Source: Octopus sinensis
Taxonomy: Eukaryota
Length of the DNA: 15,905 nt
Assembly (NCBI RefSeq): GCF_006345805.1
Contig: NW_021825608.1
Location: 1-15,905, forward strand
Reading direction: 5' to 3'
Under the pieces are notes generated by a model that was not told the DNA's origin, did no database searches, and was given only the letters and a program-made list of their open reading frames with translations. This document shows positions 8,841-15,905 of this stretch, one piece after another. Within the stretch, counting starts at the first letter, position 1, and every line of letters starts with the position of its first letter. The translations under genes and the position numbers were made by a program.

Positions 8841-8996
8841 ACGACGGGCTTCTATCAGTTTCTGTGTACCAGACCCACTCACAAAATTTTGTTCGGACCG
8901 TGGCTGAAGCAGAAGATACTTGCCTAAGACACCACTCAGTGGGATCGTTAAACCATGTGGTTGTGAAGCAAGCGTCTTACCCTACAACCACGCCCA
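8841..8996 (-). mobile_element. 5' half (tRNA head and core) of a diverged OR-like SINE
   Basis: ACGACGGGCTTCTATCAGTTTC...CAGTGGGATC...AACCATGTGGTTG...CTTACC...ACAACCACGCC is the reverse complement of the SINE head and core. Confidence 0.8.
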
Positions 8997-9391
8997 TGTG
9001 GCCTAGTACCGACTGGTGAGGTTGCACGTCGTCACGTGGTAATTCTGCAGAAATGTCGTCTTCTCTATTTCATGAGGAATTTAGAAAATATGTTTTATTG
9101 TTTGACAGCGATCGCGTAGACTATGACTGCGTCGTGTACAGAAGATGGAATGTGTGTGATGCTATGGCACTGACAACTATAATTATTATTGATACCATTA
9201 TTGATCTTCATTAATATCTATTTATTAACGTGTTGTTATTGATCTTACCCAATTACCCATTAATTACCCGCCAAGTCAGGCCACGTCAGGCCAAGCCACC
9301 CTGCAGTGTGTCTACCTTGTTATTTTCCCTCCTATTTCAGCTTTTCTACAGCTCCTAATAACCTGGACACCTGTAGCCAATAAAAGATTAC

Positions 9392-9639
<248 letters not shown>

Positions 9640-9722
9640 TAAAATAGGTGTTGTAAGCGTATATGATATGTTAACTGGAAAAATAAGTTGCTTTACCATA
9701 TACATACAGATATCTATCAATT

Positions 9723-9727
<5 letters not shown>

Positions 9728-9763
<36 letters not shown>

Positions 9764-9764
9764 G

Positions 9765-9804
<40 letters not shown>

Positions 9805-10542
9805 CGTACGTGTGTATGTATGTATATTTGTACACACACACACATATGTATACATATATAAATACATGCACAGGGAGGTGGTGAGTAGATAGCAGTGCGA
9901 GAGAGAGAGAATGAGAGAGATATAGATATACAGAGAGAGAGAGAGAGGGAGAGTTAACAGAGCAAACAAAAAGACAGCCCGACAGACAGACAGACAGACA
10001 TGTAAGGAATCTATCGATATTTCCGTACAAAGCTCTTAAGTAATAACCGTTAATATCCTAAGACAATTTCTGAAACATTGTGTAAACGCCTCGAAAGTTT
10101 TCTAAAATCGTCGAATCACTTGGAAATTGTGTCTAAACAAATGAAGACCTTAATTGAGAGTTTGAATGGGATTTTAGTGGTTCTGGAGCGCACAACACGC
10201 TCAGGTGGAGAGCCATTGAGAAAGGTGTTGCCATCACACAAACACAACCTATATACAGGTGAGCGCGTCTACATACATACATACTGGTATTCATAGATAC
10301 ATGCATATACATACATATATATGTGTGTGTGTGTGTGTGCGTGCGTGTGTGTGTATGTAGGTATGTATGTACGTATATATATATATATACCTGTGTGCAT
10401 GTGTATGTATAGATATGTATGTATATATATACACATACATATATATATATATGTATGTATATAGTTGCATATATATATATATATATATATAATATAAAAT
10501 ACATACATACATGCATAATATATATATATATATGTGTGTGTG

Positions 10543-10585
<43 letters not shown>

Positions 10586-11559
10586 ACTGTATATATATAT
10601 AGCAGTATATACGTGTATACCTAAACGCTATTGGTTATGTCATTTGCTTATTTTGCATTGCAGGGTGCCAATACTGATAGCAATTCAACGGCTATAACTA
10701 TCTATGCTGATAATATCATTAACAGAAATCCACCCCACCCCTTCTCTCTCTCTCTCTCGTCTCTCTCTCTCCTCTCCTTTCTGTTATATTTATATATATA
10801 TATATTATATATATATTATATTTACGTATCTGGTATGTATGTATATTTGTACACACACACATATGTATACATATATAAATACATGCACAGGGAGGTGGTG
10901 AGTAGATAGCAGTGCGAGAGAGAGAGAATGAGAGAGATATAGATATACAGAGAGAGAGAGCGGGAGAGTTAACAGAGCAAACACAAAAAGACAGCCCGAC
11001 AGACAGACAGACAGACATGTAAGGAATCTATCGATATTTCCGTACAAAGCTCTTAAGTATAACCGTTAATATCCTAAGACAATTTCTGAAACATTGTGTA
11101 AACGCCTCGAAAGTTTTCTAAAATCGTCGAATCACTTGGAAATTGTGTCTAAACAAATGAAGACCTTAATTGAGAGTTTGAATGGGATTTTAGTGGCTCT
11201 GGAGCGCACAACACGCTCAGGTGGAGAGCCATTGAGAAAGGTGTTGCCATCACACAAACACACACCTATATACAGGTGAGCGCGTCTACATACATACATA
11301 CTGGTATTCATAGATACATGCATATACATACATACATATGTGTGTGTGTGTGTGTGCGTGCGTGTGTGTGTATGTAGGTATGTATGTACGTATATATATA
11401 TATATACCTGTGTGCATGTGTATGTATAGATATGTATGTATATATATACACATACATATATATATATATGTATGTATATAGTTGCATATATATATATATA
11501 TATATATAATATAAAATACATACATACATGCATAATATATATATATATATGTGTGTGTG

Positions 11560-11602
<43 letters not shown>

Positions 11603-11752
11603 ACTGTATATATATATAGCAGTATATACGTGTATACCTAAACGCTATTGGTTATGTCATTTGCTTATTTTGCATTGCAGGGTGCCAATACTGATAGCAA
11701 AATTCAACGGCTGATAACTATCTATACAGTAAATTCCACCCCACCACCACTT

Positions 11753-11768
<16 letters not shown>
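9728..11768. repeat. Tandem duplication of a ~1017-bp unit, two copies
   Basis: CAGGGAGGTG at 9871 and 10888; TTGTGTAAACGCC at 10078 and 11094; CTAAACGCTATTGG at 10621 and 11638. Unit borders fall in (CT)n tracts. Confidence 0.92.
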
Positions 11769-11784
<16 letters not shown>

Positions 11785-12578
11785 CCTCCATTTCTCTATA
11801 TCTTTTCCCACCTGAATGCCCTTATATCTCTCCCTCTCCTACATCTGCCTCTGTACATATACATGAACAGATACGCACACAGGCACACACACATATGTAT
11901 ATACAAATGTTAAGACATATATGTGTGTGTGTATGCTAAGTGTAAATGTTATTCACAAGAAGACAAACCGAAGCAGCTTCTCTGCTGCGTTCCATCGCCT
12001 CCACTCAAAATCGCTCTGATAAACGGTAGACACTTACACATATATATTCCTATATTTACAACACACAGACTCATCCAGCCATTCACCTGTTCACACATAA
12101 ACACATACCTTTAGAACACATACACACACACAAACACATAGACGCATAGCTACATACACACACATGCTCGCATACACACAGACACACATTCTGTCGCCAA
12201 AAAAGTTTATTCACCTTAATAATAAGACAGGATATGATAGCACTAAGTGTTCAATCTCCGGTTGTACCTTTTACGTATTTATAATACAAATATAAAAAAT
12301 ACGAACTTTATCCAAGAACCGTGGTTGTTCTTGTTGTTGTTTTTTAGAAGTTAGTCGTGAGTAGTCGGCCATTTTGTATAACTTTTAGGAATTTCCTAGT
12401 TTTTAGCCGAAGACTGACTTTTGCTGAATGTCAATAGAACTAAATAACTATATAGTCAAAGAAATTTATGTTACTGGCACATTTTCGCACCAGCGTGATG
12501 GCACTAATCGTATGTATTAAGCGACTTTTACATTTTAAACACCGATAAAAAGCAACGCACTGCAAAGGTTTTTGTTTG

Positions 12579-12723
12579 AACGATAGCGAGGAAATCTTAC
12601 AAAATTTGATGACAGCTGAGAAGTAGCTCAAAGTTTCACGACAGCTGTGAAGTAACTTGCAATTTGACGATAGCCGGGAAATCTCACAAAATCTGACTAC
12701 AATCAGAAAATCTTACCGATTTT
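12579..12723 (+). repeat. Degenerate 29-bp minisatellite, five units
   Basis: Units start at 12579, 12608, 12637, 12666 and 12695; consensus roughly GACGA(T/C)AGCnGnGAAATCTnACAAAATTT. Confidence 0.75.
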
Positions 12724-13565
12724 GAATGGCTGCAACATAAGAAGTATATAATGAGCATATTTATAGAATTTAGTTGAAGAAAATCCTTTGTCTCTAATTT
12801 AGGAATAGTCCTTATTTAGTTGAAAACAAACCAACACTACTTTATAAGAATTCAAATGAAAACAGTTTTATTAATCAAATCTCAAACCACTTTTTGTAAC
12901 TATGCAAAAATTTAAAGATTGCTATTTAACAGAGATAGTCGCTCACCGAGTTTTCTACCCGGAAATATTGAGCCAAACAGCACCGTACTATAAACATGCA
13001 TTAACAAAGAATGGAATGTTACCCGTTTTGCTACACGAAAGTTTTCAAAGATTTTAACGTTTTTTTTTTTTAATGTTCTGTCTGCCTGAGAGGCTGATAT
13101 TCTGAGTTCCGTTTAAGAATATGGTGATTCGTTGATTGAATTTTAGAGCACTCAAATGCACAAAGTTAACATAGGATTTCATTGTTATTTTAATGTTTTG
13201 AAAAATATATTTCTGATTTCATATTAAAAGACAAAGTAATCGAGTTTATGTTGGAAATAAATTTCAAATCTTTTATATCTACGCTAAAATGTTCGAACCT
13301 GAGAATTTTTTCAAATATAGTATCGATATTTTATGTCAATTGAGATAATTTTTCACACTCTTCCCAGTCTGTATTATTATCTTACGTTTCCAGTAACTAG
13401 TTTACTCTTTACCAAATTTGAAGGCAATAACTTATATATTATATCCCTGATGTGATATCAAGGCAAACACTTATACATTCTTATTCAATCCAACATCTGA
13501 AACTACGCTGGTTTTCCTCTCTGCAATTTATCGTCTCTCCATCTGTTTTCTTCCATCATTCTATT

Positions 13566-13644
13566 CTGTAGAAAGGCGTCAGCTCGAAACGTCAAAGACT
13601 CTTCCTCAGCGTCAAAAGTAATACAGTTTGTTTGTAGTTTCCTC

Positions 13645-13672
<28 letters not shown>
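13566..13672 (+). mobile_element. Degenerate hammerhead-like / Penelope-terminus-like relic followed by (TCTG)n
   Basis: CTGTAGA-AAGGCGTCAGCTC-GAAAC-GTC: core is one mismatch from CTGANGA, and stems I and II are broken. Confidence 0.35.
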
Positions 13673-13676
<4 letters not shown>

Positions 13677-14454
13677 TTTGTTTTCTGTTTAATTATGTGC
13701 GTGGTTGTATGTGTGTGTGTGTGGTGTGTGTGTGTGTGTGTGTGTGAGTGTGTGTGTGGATATATATATATTTATATATATATAGGGAGAGTTTACGAAA
13801 AAAAAAACAAAAGACGAAGACAGGTGGTGTACAAGACAAACAGATGTATTAGTATATATATATGTGTGTGTGTGTGGATAGATAGATAGAGGGCACTGCT
13901 ATTACTGTCTACCACTATCTCTCCCACTACAACTATTCAGTCGAACGTATTTCTTGTTCGTTTGTATAGGTCATAGTTATATTTCCAGACCTATGCACGT
14001 GGTACAATGTTTCTGCCACACAATAGATGGCGCTATTGTCCTAACTAAGCAACGCCCCCTTCCCTCACACACATACACACAAACATTAATGCTACTGGAC
14101 TTCTAATTAGTGCCAGAGGAATCTTAGTTTAGAAATGTTTCGAATTTGAGTAATTAAGATGAGCCGCATTATAAAGCCTATACGTCTTCTGTTAGCCTAC
14201 ATATTATGCCTTTCAATCTAACTATTTATCTGTGAAGAAGTATACGGGTGTATGTAAATTTATATATACAGAGGTAGGTTAATAATTCAATCGATACACT
14301 TCCATATAGATACATAACCATTGAGAGAGGGAGAGAGAAAGAGAGAAACAGATAGACACACAGGCAGATATACAGACAGACAAGTATAGAATAGAATAGA
14401 ACAGACTTGAATAGAACAGAATTCTATAGATAAATATATATATATATTGAAAGA

Positions 14455-14499
14455 AAGATAGATCGGTAGGTAGGTAGTAGATAGATAGATAGATAGACA

Positions 14500-14541
<42 letters not shown>

Positions 14542-14560
14542 TAGAGAGAGAGAGAGAGAG

Positions 14561-14612
<52 letters not shown>

Positions 14613-14634
14613 TATAGATAGATAGATAGATAGA
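14455..14634. repeat. (TAGA)n/(TA)n/(GA)n compound microsatellite
   Basis: Direct reading of the sequence. Confidence 0.95.
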
Positions 14635-14913
14635 TCAATCAACATATAAATAGAAAGATTGATAGACAGACATATTCATGAACGCATTGATAGTATGTGA
14701 GATGGGGGTGGACGTGCAGGTCTCGGCCGAGGTAGTGTCCCTGATTATACGGGTACTATTGGGAGAATGAGCGGGGTGGTTGTTCATGGCGGTATGATCG
14801 TATTGTGGGTGTAGATATTATCGTTTAGTTGCTGTTGGTGGCCATAGTATTTATACTCTGACAGCGGATACAAATTCTGAACGCCGATGATACTCTTTCT
14901 CTCTCTTCCCACG

Positions 14914-14950
<37 letters not shown>

Positions 14951-14984
14951 ATGACTGTAGGGTTACATAATAGTTAAGTCATTA

Positions 14985-15060
14985 TTATATAACATGATTA
15001 TAATATCCTGGCCAGACGTTCGTTATATAACTCTGTTATGATATCCTGCGCAGACATTCG
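14985..15060 (+). repeat. 38-bp tandem duplication, two units
   Basis: TTATATAACATGATTATAATATCCTGGCCAGACGTTCG vs TTATATAACTCTGTTATGATATCCTGCGCAGACATTCG, 30/38 identical. Confidence 0.8.
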
Positions 15061-15137
15061 TCTGTTATTTAACGCTATTTTATTGGACAATTAACACAAA
15101 GTGATTCATTTCAATATAATTTTTGCGTCTTGTCCAG

Positions 15138-15305
15138 TTGACATTGACGAGACGGCGGCCTGGTGTGAGAGCTGTCGATGATGATGCGGCGGCGGTCCAG
15201 GCGGAAGAGGAGAAGGAGGAAGAGGAGGCGGTGGAGGAGGAGGATGAGAAGGAGGAGGATGAGGAGGATAAACAGGTGGAGGTTAATGGGACAGACCGGA
15301 CAGGA
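15138..15305 (+). CDS. Candidate host exon, product unknown
   Basis: Acceptor TTTTTGCGTCTTGTCCAG ends at 15137, followed by GC-rich non-repeat sequence. One reading is a terminal exon xDIDETAAWCESCR-stop (15179-15181). The other is a 168-nt phase-0 acidic exon ending at a GTGAGT donor (15306). Confidence 0.3.
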
Positions 15306-15677
15306 GTGAGTGTGTGTGCGCGTGAGAGAGAGAGGGAGAGAAAGAGCGTGTGTGTGTGTGTAAGCGAGAGAGAGAGAGAAAGAGAGTGTGTGTGTGTGTA
15401 AGCGAGAGAGAGAGAGAGAGATAGTGTGTGTGTGTGTAAGAGAGAGAGGGTTATGTGTAAGAGAGAGAGAACGAGAGAGTGAGAGAGAGAGAGACAGAAA
15501 TTATCAACGTAACTCAAAAGAAGAAAAAGGCGAAGACGACGAGGAAAAATGATGATAATGATGATGATGATGGTGGTGGTAGTGGTGGTGGTGGTGGTGG
15601 TGATGGTGGTGGTGGTGATGATGGTGATGGTGATGATGAGGATGAGAATGATGATGATGAGGATGATGATGATGATG
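15306..15677. repeat. (GT)n/(GA)n compound repeat followed by (GAT)n/(GGT)n triplets
   Basis: Direct reading of the sequence. Confidence 0.9.
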
Positions 15678-15905
15678 AAATCTTTCTCTCTATTAATCGT
15701 CTTTTCTGGTATCTAAATTTTCTCAAGTAAAACCGAAATTCACCGTTCTGTTTTCAATCCCTGAGCAGATAACCCCTCAATCAATGCGTTGAATATCGTA
15801 TTTCCTCTTCGCAATCTGTTGTAAATTAAGAATAGCGGTAACGGTAATTAATCCAAGAATCCAATTCTGTCTTTGATTAATAATTTATTTTTTTTGCTTT
15901 AAGGA

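Noticed and set aside
10078-10296. 72-aa ORF CKRLESFLKSS... and its copy at 11094, with a CAG|GTGAGC donor-like site
   Set aside because: No ATG start or known motif, and the two copies differ by a frameshifting indel.
12579-12723. CRISPR-like array
   Set aside because: The units are contiguous and degenerate, with no unique spacers and no cas genes, in eukaryotic DNA.

Overview
Eukaryotic, AT-rich, microsatellite-dense DNA, most likely an intron or intergenic stretch of an octopus/cephalopod genome (inferred from four copies of a tRNA-headed SINE resembling the octopus OR-type SINEs). No complete host gene is present, and nearly all ORFs in the supplied track are translations of microsatellites. 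Supported content: (1) a type I hammerhead ribozyme at 1313-1418 with a perfect catalytic core and a large, separately folded insert in stem II; (2) a 5'-truncated Tx1/L1-clade LINE at 6294-8121 (RT YADD motif plus CCHC zinc finger) lying inside an (ATCT)n microsatellite, followed by a second 3'-end copy that also starts and ends in (TATC)n, which suggests a microsatellite-targeting retrotransposon; (3) a decayed RTE-clade LINE fragment; (4) a hAT-type MITE interrupted by a SINE; (5) a small element with subterminal inverted repeats and a hairpin, Helentron/HINE-like; (6) a ~1017-bp near-identical tandem duplication that may be an assembly artefact; (7) short minisatellites; (8) one candidate host exon near 15138.
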